From the NCBI RefSeq assembly GCF_006345805.1, contig NW_021824078.1:1-21497 (forward strand): a stretch of DNA of 21,497 bases, given 5' to 3'. Shown one piece after another: positions 1 to 10,254 of this stretch (position 1 is the first letter of the stretch; every line of letters starts with the position of its first letter). This DNA comes from Octopus sinensis. Lineage: Eukaryota. The notes beneath the pieces were generated by a model that worked only from the letters and a program-made list of their open reading frames with translations, ran no database searches and was not told the origin of the DNA. Made by a program: the position numbers and the translations under genes.

Positions 1-64
1 ACGAGCCAGACCTATTATCATTAAGCGTCTCAACCGTGCCCATCGTACATATTTTATTTTTCCA

Positions 65-165
65 GCCTATATATTAATCCAATGCATCCTTCCATCGTTC
101 GTTTTTTAAAACAAATGCAGATATGATTTGAGGGACATTTAGCTGCTATTTCTGGCATGCTGAAG
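65..165 (+). repeat. Fragment of an old dispersed repeat (motif GCTGCTATTTCTRGCA)
   Basis: Motif at 142-157 recurs at 17519-17536 (+), 18149-18166 (+) and 19056-19078 (-); an ATTATCYAAT-like motif lies upstream in most copies. Confidence 0.5.
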
Positions 166-253
166 GTCCACATTGATGAGCTTCATTTGTACTTAATATC
201 GTTTTTTTTTTGTGTGTGGTGATGGTGGTCAGTGATGGCGGCGGTGGATAAGC

Positions 254-254
<1 letters not shown>

Positions 255-333
<79 letters not shown>
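255..333. repeat. (GATA)n microsatellite
   Basis: Near-perfect GATA run. Confidence 0.95.
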
Positions 334-334
<1 letters not shown>

Positions 335-510
335 TGAAGGACAGACGGACGGACGGGCAGGCGAATAGGGAGGAAAACAGGAGACAGACAGGACAGACAG
401 GCAGGCAGGCAGGCAGATATATAGATATACAAAATAGGTAAACAGATCGATAGATTAGATAGACAGACAGATATCAGACAGTAGATATTATAAAAAAGAA
501 GATCATAGAG

Positions 511-558
<48 letters not shown>

Positions 559-980
559 CAGGGAGAGAGGAGAGAGAGGAGATCAGAGAGAGGAGAGAGA
601 GAGGAGAGAGGAGAGAGAGAGAGGAGAGAGACAGAGAGACGAGAGACAGAGAGGCAGGGAGTAGGAGGAGAGGAAGGAGTCAGAAAGGCAGAATAGAGAT
701 GCGATGTATGATATCGGAAGATGTATGATTGGAGAAATTTGGGGTCTGTGTCTGTCTGCCTGTCCGTCCGTCCGCCCGTCTGTCTGCCTGTCTGCCTGAC
801 TACCTGTCTGTCTGTCCGTCTGCCTGTCTGTCTGTTTCTCGGTGCAGATGTACCCTCCCTAGTCGTTACGCGTTCTTCAACTGATGTAATGTCTTTCGGT
901 GGAGAGACGGGGGAGAAGAGATTGGTGGCGGTGGGAGGTGGTGGTGGGGAGAAGGGGAGGGAGGGAGGAAGAAGAAAAGA
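334..980. repeat. Compound low-complexity tract: (GACA/GGCA)n, (GA)n, (TCTG/TCCG)n and G-rich purine runs
   Basis: GACA-like 340-480, GA-rich 505-670, TCTG/TCCG 745-838, G-runs 900-975. Confidence 0.9.
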
Positions 981-1009
981 ATGAGAATGCAGACCAGAAG
1001 TGAGATGAC

Positions 1010-1209
1010 TGCTACTACTACAATAACTACTACTAATACTACCACTAATACTACAACAATTACTACTACTACTATTACTACTACTACAACTACTACTACG
1101 ACAACAACATCTACTACTACTAATACTACAACAACAACTACTACTAATACTAATACTACTACTACTACTACTACAACAACAACTACTACTACTACTACTA
1201 CTATACAAT

Positions 1210-1242
<33 letters not shown>

Positions 1243-1341
1243 AACAACAATAACGACTACTACTAATACTACAACTACTACTACTACGACGACAACAACT
1301 ACTATTACTACTATTACTAATACTACTACGACTACAACAAC

Positions 1342-1374
<33 letters not shown>

Positions 1375-1522
1375 AACTACTACTACGACAACAACTACTA
1401 CTACTACTAATACTACAACAACTACTACTAATACTAATACTACTACTACTACTACTACTACAACTACAACTACTACTACTACTACTAATACAATTACTAC
1501 TACTACTACTACTACTACTATT

Positions 1523-1568
<46 letters not shown>

Positions 1569-1582
1569 AAGTACTACTACTA
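1010..1582. repeat. (ACT)n trinucleotide array with AAC/AAT/ACG interruptions
   Basis: ~570 bp of ACT repeats; source of the poly-T, poly-S and poly-V ORFs. Confidence 0.95.
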
Positions 1583-1699
1583 CCTTGGATGTCGGTCATG
1601 GACAATATTGCAGCCAATCATAATCCTCCAATTTTAGCCTTCATAAGTAGTTGCAAGAGAGACAGACTGTGTACTACTAGTGACGTTACTGTACTAGAC

Positions 1700-1975
1700 T
1701 AGAGAGGAGAGAGAGACAAAGAAACGGAGAGAGGAGAGAGAGAGCTAGATGAGGGAGGAAGAGAGAGAGAGAAGAGGTGAAAGGGACATAAAAAGATAAA
1801 GGACAACCAGCAGGGTGGGGGGGGGGTGGGGGGAGATGAAAAGAAAAAGACTGTATTGTGGGTGAGATGAGAAAGAGAGAGGAGAGAGAGGAGTGAAAGG
1901 GAGAGTGAAAAAAAAAAAAAATATAAAGACACCAGCAGGGGTGGGGGGGGAGGAGAAAGAAAAGAAAGAAAGAAA
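1700..1975. repeat. GA-rich purine tract with a degenerate ~125-bp internal duplication
   Basis: GAC(A)ACCAGCAGGG-G-run-GAAAAG at ~1802 and ~1928. Confidence 0.75.
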
Positions 1976-2216
1976 GATTGTTTTGTGGGGTTGACATCGG
2001 GCTTAACAAAGATGGTTTGAGGTGGTTGCTTGACCTGCTAAACATAACAACCAGTCGTCCTAAATTTACACTTTACAATTTGAAATAAGTGCACTCTTAT
2101 AGCGTGTGACACCCAGAACTCTGTTAATATAAGCACACACACACACACACACACGCATAAACATACACACACACACACACACATACACACACAGAGTCAT
2201 TTTAGTTGTTTTCTTC

Positions 2217-2337
2217 CGGGTTCAGTCCCACCTGGGCGAGTGTCTACTTCTGTATCCACCCCGGGATGACCAAAGACTCTTGCGAGTGGATGATTTGGTG
2301 AACGGAAACTGAAAGACAGCCACTATCTGTGTGTGTT

Positions 2338-2379
<42 letters not shown>

Positions 2380-2548
2380 GAGTGTGTGTGTGTGTGGCAA
2401 CCACCGCTTGACAACCAGAAGGCCGAAGTAAAGAGTACGCACTCCACCCGTTTTTGGCGTAACCCTAACCCTAACCCTAAACCTTAACCCTGACCATAGA
2501 CACCAGGTGTGCGCATTATTTACCTTCGCCAACCAGTGTTGGTTTATT
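2217..2548 (+). mobile_element. Diverged, truncated SINE-A copy interrupted by a MITE-like insert
   Basis: GGTTCAGTCCC B-box, ACGGAAACTGAAAG, internal (TG)n and CGCTTGACAACC match the other SINE-A copies. Confidence 0.75.
2421..2530. mobile_element. 110-bp MITE-like insert with an internal (TAACCC)n telomere-type repeat
   Basis: Imperfect TIRs 2421-2442 / 2509-2530 (16/22 ungapped); AACCAG duplicated at 2413-2418 and 2531-2536; (TAACCC)3 at 2460-2477. Confidence 0.6.
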
Positions 2549-2549
2549 C

Positions 2550-2751
2550 ATTTACTTGTTGCAGTCATTTGACTGTGGCCATGCTGGAGCGCCGCCTTTA
2601 GTCGAGCAAATCGACCCTGGGACTTATTCTTTACAACCTAGTACTTATTCTATCGGTCTGTTTTGCCGAACCGCTAAGTGACGGGGACATAAACACACCA
2701 GCATTGGTTGTCAAGCAATGCTAGGGGTACAAACACAGACACACAAACACG

Positions 2752-2783
<32 letters not shown>

Positions 2784-2890
2784 CACGACAGGCTTCTTTC
2801 AGTTTCCGTCTACCAAATCCACTCACTAGGCTTTGGTCGGCCCGAGGCTATAGTAGAAGAAACTTGCCCAAGGTGCCACGCAGTGGGACC
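2550..2890 (-). mobile_element. SINE-A, 5' truncated
   Basis: Reverse complement of SINE-A body and tail; internal (TA)n at 2759-2782. Confidence 0.9.
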
Positions 2891-2926
2891 CATAGTGGGT
2901 TACATTCATAACCCCTATCTTACTTT

Positions 2927-2959
<33 letters not shown>

Positions 2960-2961
<2 letters not shown>

Positions 2962-3138
2962 TGACAACCGGTCTAGATCTTTCCGTTCCCGTAACTTAGC
3001 GGTTTGGCAAAAGGAGACGATGGAATAAATACCAGGCTTTAAAAATAAAAGTACAGGTGTCGATTCATTTGACTAAAATTTCTTTAAGGCGGTGCCCCAG
3101 CAGGGCCGCAGTCTAATAACTGAAACAAGTAAAAGATA
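2960..3138 (+). mobile_element. SINE-A-related 3' half, diverged subfamily
   Basis: CTTGACAACC...TAACTTAGCGGT...AAGGCGGTGCCCCAGC...CTGAAACAAGTAAAAGA. Confidence 0.8.
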
Positions 3139-3167
3139 TAGACGAGCACACCATATATTTGGAAGAA

Positions 3168-3327
3168 TGCTTAGTGGCTGTGTGGTAAATAGCTTTCTAA
3201 CGAACCACATGGTTCCGGGTTCAGTCCCACTGTGTGGCACCTTGGGCAAGTGTCTTCTACTATAGCCTCGGCCCGACCAAAGCCTTGTGAGCGGATTTGG
3301 TAGACGGAAACTGAAAGAAGCCCGTCG

Positions 3328-3359
<32 letters not shown>

Positions 3360-3633
3360 TGTGTGTGTATGGTTGTGTGTGTGTGTGTGTGTGCGTGCGT
3401 GTGTATATGTTTGTGTCTGTGTTTGTCCCCTCAACATCGCTTGACAACCGATGCTGGTGTGTCTACGTCCCCGTAACTTAGCGGTTCGGCTAAAGAGACC
3501 AATAAACTAAGTACTAGGCTTACAAAGAATAAGTCCTGGGGTGGGTGTCGATTTGCTCGACTAGAAAGGCGGTGCTCCAGCATGGCCGCAGTCAAATGAC
3601 TGAAACAAGTAAAAGAGAAAAAAAGAGTAAAAG
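3168..3633 (+). mobile_element. SINE-A, near full length (tRNA-derived head, internal microsatellite, GTAAAAGA tail)
   Basis: A-box-like TGGCTGTGTGG, B-box-like GGTTCAGTCCC, CCTTGGGCAAGT core-like motif, tandem-repeat tail. Confidence 0.9.
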
Positions 3634-3961
3634 TGTAACCTTTTATCCTCACCCCGTCCCTCATTCATATCCTAAATTTCCTCCTCCTTCGTCTCTTTTA
3701 CCGCCTCCTACCTACACCCCTACTACCACTCCTCATCATCACACATGCATTGCTACTGCTGTTACTGCTACTCTTGCTGCTGCGATTACTTTGTTTATTT
3801 CCAGCAATCACCTTCTGAACACATTATTCGGTGCAGCTGTCCCTGAATGTTAATTATTAGCAGTGTGTACTTTATCACTGTTGCTACTACATTATAACCA
3901 CTGCACTATCGTCACTATATTATCAAGACTACATTTTCATTAGTCACCACTATATCATCAT

Positions 3962-6463
3962 CAGTGTATTATCAAGACTACATTATCATCATCAGTGTAT
4001 TATCAAGACTACATTATCATCATCAGTGTATTATCAAAACTACAGCATCCTCATCAGTGTATTATCAAAACTACATTATTATTATCGTTGTAGTATCAAG
4101 ACTACATTATCATCATCAGTGTATTATCAAGACTACAATATCATCATCAGTGTATTATCAAGACTACATTATCATCATCAGTTTATTATCAAGACTACAT
4201 TATCATCATCAGTTTATTATCAAGACTACAATATCATCATCAGTGTATTATCAAGACTACATTATCATCATCAATGTATTATCAAGACTACATTATCATC
4301 ATCAGTTTATTATCAAGACTACATTATCATCATCAGTTTATTATCAAGACTACATTATCATCATCAGTGCATTATCAAGACTACAATATCATCATCAGTT
4401 TATTATCAAGACTACATTATCATCATCAGTGTATTATCAAGACTACATTATCATCATCAGTTTATTATCAAGACTACATTATCATCATCAGTTTATTATC
4501 AAGACTACATTATCATCATCAGTGCATTATCAAGACTACATTATCATCATCAGTTTATTATCAAGACTACATTATCATCATCAGTTTATTATCAAGACTA
4601 CAATATCATCATCAGTTTATTATCAAGACTACATTATCATCATCAGTGTATTATCAAGACTACATTATCATCATCAGTGCATTATCAAGACTACAATATC
4701 ATCATAAGTGTATTATCACGACTACATTATCATCATCAGTGTATTATCAAGACTATAATATCATCATCAGTTTATTATCAAGACTACAATATCATCATCA
4801 GTGTATTATCAAGACTACATTATCATCATCAGTGTATTATCAAGACTACATTATCATCATCAGTTTATTATCAAGACTACATTATCATCATCAGTGTATT
4901 ATCAAGACTACATTATCAACATCAGTGTATTATCAAGACTACAATATCATCATCAGTGTATTACCAAGACTACATTATCATCATCAGTGTATTATCAAGA
5001 CTACATTATCATCATCAGTGTATTATCAAGACTACAATATCATCATCAGTGTATTACCAAGACTACATTATCATCATCAGTGTATTATCAAGACTACAAT
5101 ATCATCATAAGTGTATTATCAAGACTACATTATCATCATCAGTGTATTATCAAGACTACAATATCATCATAAGTGTATTATCACGACTACATTATCATCA
5201 TCAGTTTATTATCAAGACTATAATATCATCATCAGTGTATTATCAAGACTACATTATCAACATCAGTGTATTATCAAGACTACAATATCATCATCAGTGT
5301 ATTACCAAGACTACATTATCATCATCAGTGTATTATCAAGACTACATTATCATCATCAGTGTATTATCAAGACTACATTATCATCATCAGTGTATTATCA
5401 AGACTACATTATCATCATCAGTGTATTATCAAGACTACAATATCATCATCAGTGTATTACCAAGACTACATTATCATCATCAGTGTATTATCAAGACTAC
5501 AATATCATCATCAGTGTATTATCAAGACTACAATATCATCATCAGTGTATTACCAAGACTACATTATCATCATCAGTGTATTATCAAGACTACATTATCA
5601 TCATCAGTGTATTATCAAGACTACATTATCATCATCAGTGTATTATCAAGACTACATTATCATCATCAGTTTATTATCAAGACTACATTATCATCATCAG
5701 TGTATTATCAAAACATCATCATCATCAGTTTATTATCAAGACTACATTATCATCATCAGTGTATTATCAAAACTACATTATCATCAATAGTGTATTATCA
5801 AGACTACATTATCATGATCGGTGTATTATCAAGACTACATTATCATCATCAGTTTATTATCAAGACTACATTATCATCATCAGTGCATTATCAAAACATC
5901 ATCATCATCAGTTTATTATCAAGACTACATTATCATCATCAGTGTATTATCAAGACTACAATATCATCATCAGTGTATTATCAAGACTACATTATCATCA
6001 TCAGTTTATTATCAAGACTACATTATCATCATCAGTTTATTATCAAGACTACATTATCATCATCAGTGTATTATCAAGACTACATTATCATCATCAGTTT
6101 ATTATCAAGACTACATTATCATCATCAGTTTATTATCAAGACTACATTATCATCATCAGTGTATTATCAAGACTACATTATCATCATCAGTGTATTATCA
6201 AAACTACATTATCATCATCAGTGTATTATCAAGACTACATTATCATGATCGGTGTATTATCAAGACTACATTATCATCATCAGTTTATTATCAAGACTAC
6301 ATTATCATCATCAGTGCATTATCAAAACATCATCATCATCAGTTTATTATCAAGACTACGTTATCATCATCAGTGTATTATCAAAACTACATTATCATCA
6401 TCAGTTTATTATCAAGACTACATTATCATCATCAGTGTATTATCAAAACTACATTATGATCAC
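3962..6463. repeat. 31-bp tandem satellite, 81 monomers (consensus CAGTGTATTATCAAGACTACATTATCATCAT)
   Basis: 2502 bp = 78 x 31 + 3 x 28; degenerate flanks at ~3860-3961, 6464-6652 and 7034-7105. Confidence 0.97.
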
Positions 6464-6652
6464 CACTGCATTATCACATTATGACCACTAAATTCTCACT
6501 ATCATTCTATCACTACCACATTATAAAAGCTACACTATCACTACAGCATTATCAAGCTAATATTATTACTACTACGTTATCACTGCATTATCAACATTAC
6601 ATTATCGCAACTGTATTATTACCACTTCATAATAAACACTACGTTATCACCA

Positions 6653-7033
6653 ATGGCCCAGTGGTTAGGGCAGCGGACTCGCGGTCATAGGATCGCGGTT
6701 TCGATTCCCAGACCAGGCGTTGTGAGTCTTATTGAGCGAAAACACCTAAAGCTCCATGAGCCTCCGGCAGGGGATGGTGGTGATCCCTGCTGTACTCTTT
6801 CACCACAACTTTCTCTCACTCTTACTTCCTGTTTCTGTTGTACCTGTAGTTCAAAGGGCCGGCCTTGTCACTCTCTGTGTCATGCTGAATATCCCCGAGA
6901 ACTACGTTAAGGGTACACGTGTCTGTGGAGTGCTCAGCCACTTACACGTTAATTTCACGAGCAGGCTGTTCCGTTGATTCGGATCAACCGGAACCCTCGT
7001 CGTCGTAACCGACGGAGTGCTCCAAAAAAAAAA
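6653..7033 (+). mobile_element. SINE-C: tRNA-derived SINE with poly(A) tail and 7-bp TSD
   Basis: A-box TGGCCCAGTGG, tRNA-Arg-like scaffold GACTCGCGGTCA, B-box GTTTCGATTCC, A-run 7024-7034, ATCACCA at 6646-6652 and 7034-7040. Confidence 0.85.
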
Positions 7034-7285
7034 ATCACCACGACATTATAAGCTACATCATAAGCACTACATTATTACAGAAACGTTATTACCAACACAT
7101 CAATACCGGGTTAAGTTGGCCAAGGATGAGCAATCTCTCCTCGTACAGAATGCTACTCAATCACAGATAACGTTCAATAAAACCTAGAAGTTTTCAATAG
7201 TTATCGCCAAGCTAATACGGCAGTCCAGAAATATAGGACGAATGCTGCCGTTGATTAGCTCCAAGAGGCCATCACCTCTAGCTAG

Positions 7286-7333
7286 CTATGTGACACACGA
7301 ACCTGTGTGTCACATAGATTCGTGTGTCACATA
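7286..7333. other. Perfect inverted repeat with two alternative right arms
   Basis: 7286-7298 pairs with 7305-7317 (13 bp); 7287-7301 pairs with 7319-7333 (15 bp). Confidence 0.9.
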
Positions 7334-7469
7334 TATGGCAGAGTCTATTCCGTAGTCAAGTTCGATTTTCCAGCAAGTATGTTTAATTAGCTACTGGAAC
7401 GTAGGAAAGTTATTTAATAAAGACAAAGCTATGACTATGGATTCCTTGAATCGTTAGATTATCGTAAAA

Positions 7470-7577
7470 AAATGCTTGGCAGATTTTGTTACGACTCTTC
7501 AGTTGGTTATAAGTTCAAAAATCCCACCGCGGTCAACTTATCCTTCCATCTTTCCGGGGTCGAAAATATAAAGTATC
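7470..7577 (+). mobile_element. Old SINE-B-related fragment
   Basis: AGTTCAAAAATCCCACCGCGGTCAACTT...CCATCTTTCCGGGGTCGA resembles the SINE-B body. Confidence 0.6.
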
Positions 7578-7582
7578 GATAG

Positions 7583-8132
7583 TGGGGCGAGCTGGTAGAA
7601 TGGTTAGCACGCCAGGCAAAATGCTTAGCGGCATTTCGTCTGCCGCTACGTTCTGTCCTTGTTTGTCCTTGTCTGTCCTTGTTTGTCCCCTCTATTTTTT
7701 AGCCCCTTGTGGATAGTAAAGAAATAGGTATTTCGTCTGTCGCTACGTTCTGAGTTCAAATTTCGCCGAGGTCGACTTTGCCTTTCATCCTTTCGGGGTC
7801 GATAAATTAAGTACCAGTTACGCACTGGAGTCGATCTAATCGACTTAATCCGTTTGTCTGTCCTTGTTTCTCCCCTCTATGCTTATCCCTTGTGGCAATA
7901 AAGAAATAAGAAACGTTAGCACGCCGGACGAAATGCTTACGGGTATTTCGTCTGTCTTTACGTTCTGAGTTCGAATTTCGCCGAAGTCGACTTTGCCTTT
8001 CATCCTTTCGGGTTTGATAAATTAAGTACCAGTTATGCACTGGGGTCGATCTAATCGACTTAATCCCTTTGTCTGTTCTTGTTTGTCCCCTCTGTGTTTA
8101 GCCCCTTGTGGGCAATAAAGAAATAAGAAATA
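7583..8132 (+). mobile_element. SINE-B head-to-tail trimer
   Basis: Units 7583-7726 (internally deleted), 7727-7908 and 7909-8132; A-box-like TGGYAGAA, B-box GAGTTCAAAT, tail AAAGAAATA. Confidence 0.9.
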
Positions 8133-8370
8133 GGTACCGAATCCTCTGAGGATGTCACCTGCGGTTGAGTGGACGGCTGCTCAATCGAACAGGGTGAACG
8201 AGGTCTTTTCATCAATGACTTCTGGTCTTCTTGAATCTGGAGTTCAGTTTTTGTTTTTATCACATTTCACTTGTAAAGCAAAATATATTATAACGAAGAA
8301 AACAACACATTTTCAATATGACTCTGTGTGTGTGTGTGTGCACGCGTTTATATATGTATGTATGTATGTC

Positions 8371-8798
8371 TTTTATTTTTTTAATTTTTACTTGTTTCAG
8401 TCATTTGACTGCGGCCATGCTGGAGCACCGCCTTTTAGTCGTGCAAATCGACCCCGGGACTTATTCTTTGTAAGCCCAGTACTTATTCTATCGGTCTCTT
8501 TTGCCGAACCGCTAAGTGACGGGGACGTAAACACACCAGCATCGGTTGTCAAGCAATGCTAGAGGGACAAACACAGACACACAAACACACACACACACAC
8601 ACACATACATATATACATATATTTATACAAATATACGACAGGCTTCTTTCAGTTTCCGTCTGCCAAATCCACTCACAAGGCATTGGTCGGCCCGGGGCTA
8701 TAGCAGAAGACACTTGCCCAAGATGCCACGCAGTGGGACTGAACCCGGAACCATGTGGTTGGTAAACAAGCTACTTACCACACAGCCACTCCTGCGCC
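8371..8798 (-). mobile_element. SINE-A, full length, inserted in a (TATG)n tract
   Basis: Head ends ...CCTGCGCC at 8798; TATATGTATGTATGTATGT on both sides (8351-8369, 8799-8817). Confidence 0.92.
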
Positions 8799-9126
8799 TA
8801 TATGTATGTATGTATGTATGTATGTATTAGTGTATATATGTATGTGTCTGTGCGCATGCGCGTGCGTAGTATAAGGTGTACGTATTCACTCTTCGGCTTA
8901 AGAGAAACCTTTGTTGAACGAGGTGAGAGAAATTGGGATTTGTGAGGTTTCACTTTGGCGGATGCTTTCTCAGAGAAGTTGACATTTGCTCGGCTTTAGA
9001 AGTCTTTTTATACACATACAATGTGTGTGTGTGTGTGTGTGTACACGCTTGTGTGTGACACACATATATATATATATATGGATATATACGTACAGTAATA
9101 TACATATATATAAATGGATTTATAGG

Positions 9127-9161
<35 letters not shown>

Positions 9162-9204
9162 TACATACACACACACACACATACACACACACAACCATAT
9201 ATAT

Positions 9205-9354
9205 GCAGTTTCCGTCTACCAAATCCACTCACAAGGCTTTGGTCGGCCTGAGACTATAGTAGAAGATACTTGCGCCAGGTGCCACGTAGTGGGACTGAAC
9301 CCGGAACCATGGGGTTTGTAAGCAAGCTACTTACCACACAGCCACTCCTACGCC
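9205..9354 (-). mobile_element. SINE-A head fragment
   Basis: Matches the first ~150 nt of SINE-A; abuts a TA/CA compound microsatellite at ~9020-9203. Confidence 0.88.
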
Positions 9355-9360
9355 TCGTCA

Positions 9361-9443
9361 AATAATACTTTATTTATTCCACGTCCTTGCGTTGCTGTTT
9401 TTTTCTGTGTTTTTTTTCTATGTTTTCTTGTTTGGATTAACTA
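9361..9443 (+). mobile_element. 3' end fragment of the hammerhead-bearing element family
   Basis: 29/32 identical at its start and 21/22 at its end to the reverse complement of 12872-12943; followed by (TA)n. Confidence 0.8.
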
Positions 9444-9470
9444 ATATTATTATATATTATATATATATAT

Positions 9471-10095
9471 GTAAACAGTAAAAACTAAATAAGACATGGA
9501 CAAGAACATGAAACACAAAGAGACGCACACAAGAACCACAGGACGGGACATTCGAAGCCCTCAGTCATCAGTCAAGAACCAGATCATCTTCGCAATTTCG
9601 GCGATTAATCTTGAGATGCTCCGATCTGGGCAGCCCCCAAAGGAAAATCTAAGCCAAGCGCATTAGATCCCTTGGAAGAAAGCTTCGAATGTATACAACA
9701 CGAGGACGGAAAACGAAGTACACGAACAAAAAATACAGAATACGTGACACCAATAAGAATACAAAAACGTAAAAACAATAACGGTAAAGATAAAAAAACA
9801 AAAACAAAACCAGGACGTAGGACAAGGGTCTTTCGACAGGACGAGTGAGTGCGTTGGAGTTGGGGCTGGGTTATGAAGTAGTGCCTAATGGCCGCAGGGA
9901 GACGAACAAATACGTGTTGCTTCGACGACTGCTGGAACGAAATATATATATACCTGTGATCACAGCTGTCCGACGAACGGTAACGTGAAACTCTGAGTAA
10001 CAGTTGGGGAAGGGGGGGGGGTTCGGTTTTTTATAAAAAGAATATTACTCTACTTTCGATATTCGAGTACTATTTCTTCTACCTTGTTTTGCATT
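9471..10095 (-). repeat. Unassigned interspersed repeat, possibly related to Penelope-like termini
   Basis: Strong purine/pyrimidine skew; minus-strand 3' end TCTCTTTGTGTTTCATGTT resembles TCTCTTTGGGTTTTCATGTT of the hammerhead element; ends in (TA)n. Confidence 0.35.
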
Positions 10096-10109
10096 TACGT
10101 GCTTATGTG

Positions 10110-10153
<44 letters not shown>

Positions 10154-10254
10154 CGTGTGTGTGTGTGTGAGTGTGCGTGCGTTTATTCGTGTATGCGTGT
10201 ATCTGGACTACATTATCAGGTGTATCTTGTCTTTTATTCAGATATTGTGTTTCT

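Noticed and set aside
1810-1835. G-quadruplex-capable G-runs (also ~930-965 and ~1938-1952)
   Set aside because: Expected by-product of purine-rich simple repeats; no evidence of function
229-2045. Poly-S, poly-T, poly-V and YLSI-repeat ORFs
   Set aside because: Translations of GATA, GA, TCTG and ACT microsatellites
2460-2495. True telomere or chromosome fusion site
   Set aside because: Only 3 perfect units, enclosed by TIR-like ends inside a SINE
3962-6463. CRISPR-like array
   Set aside because: Monomers are contiguous with no unique spacers; eukaryotic context
3964-6491. Long ORFs up to 740 aa as a real CDS
   Set aside because: Produced by a stop-free 31-bp monomer in all three frames; no ATG start, and nucleotide-level periodicity is not codon-based
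6653-6725. Functional tRNA gene
   Set aside because: No acceptor stem or early T-run terminator; continues into a 300-bp body with poly(A) and TSD, so it is a SINE head
9543-9585. Second hammerhead (minus strand CTGATGA...TTCGAATGTC)
   Set aside because: GAAA reads GAAT and no stem I can be formed; at best a decayed motif
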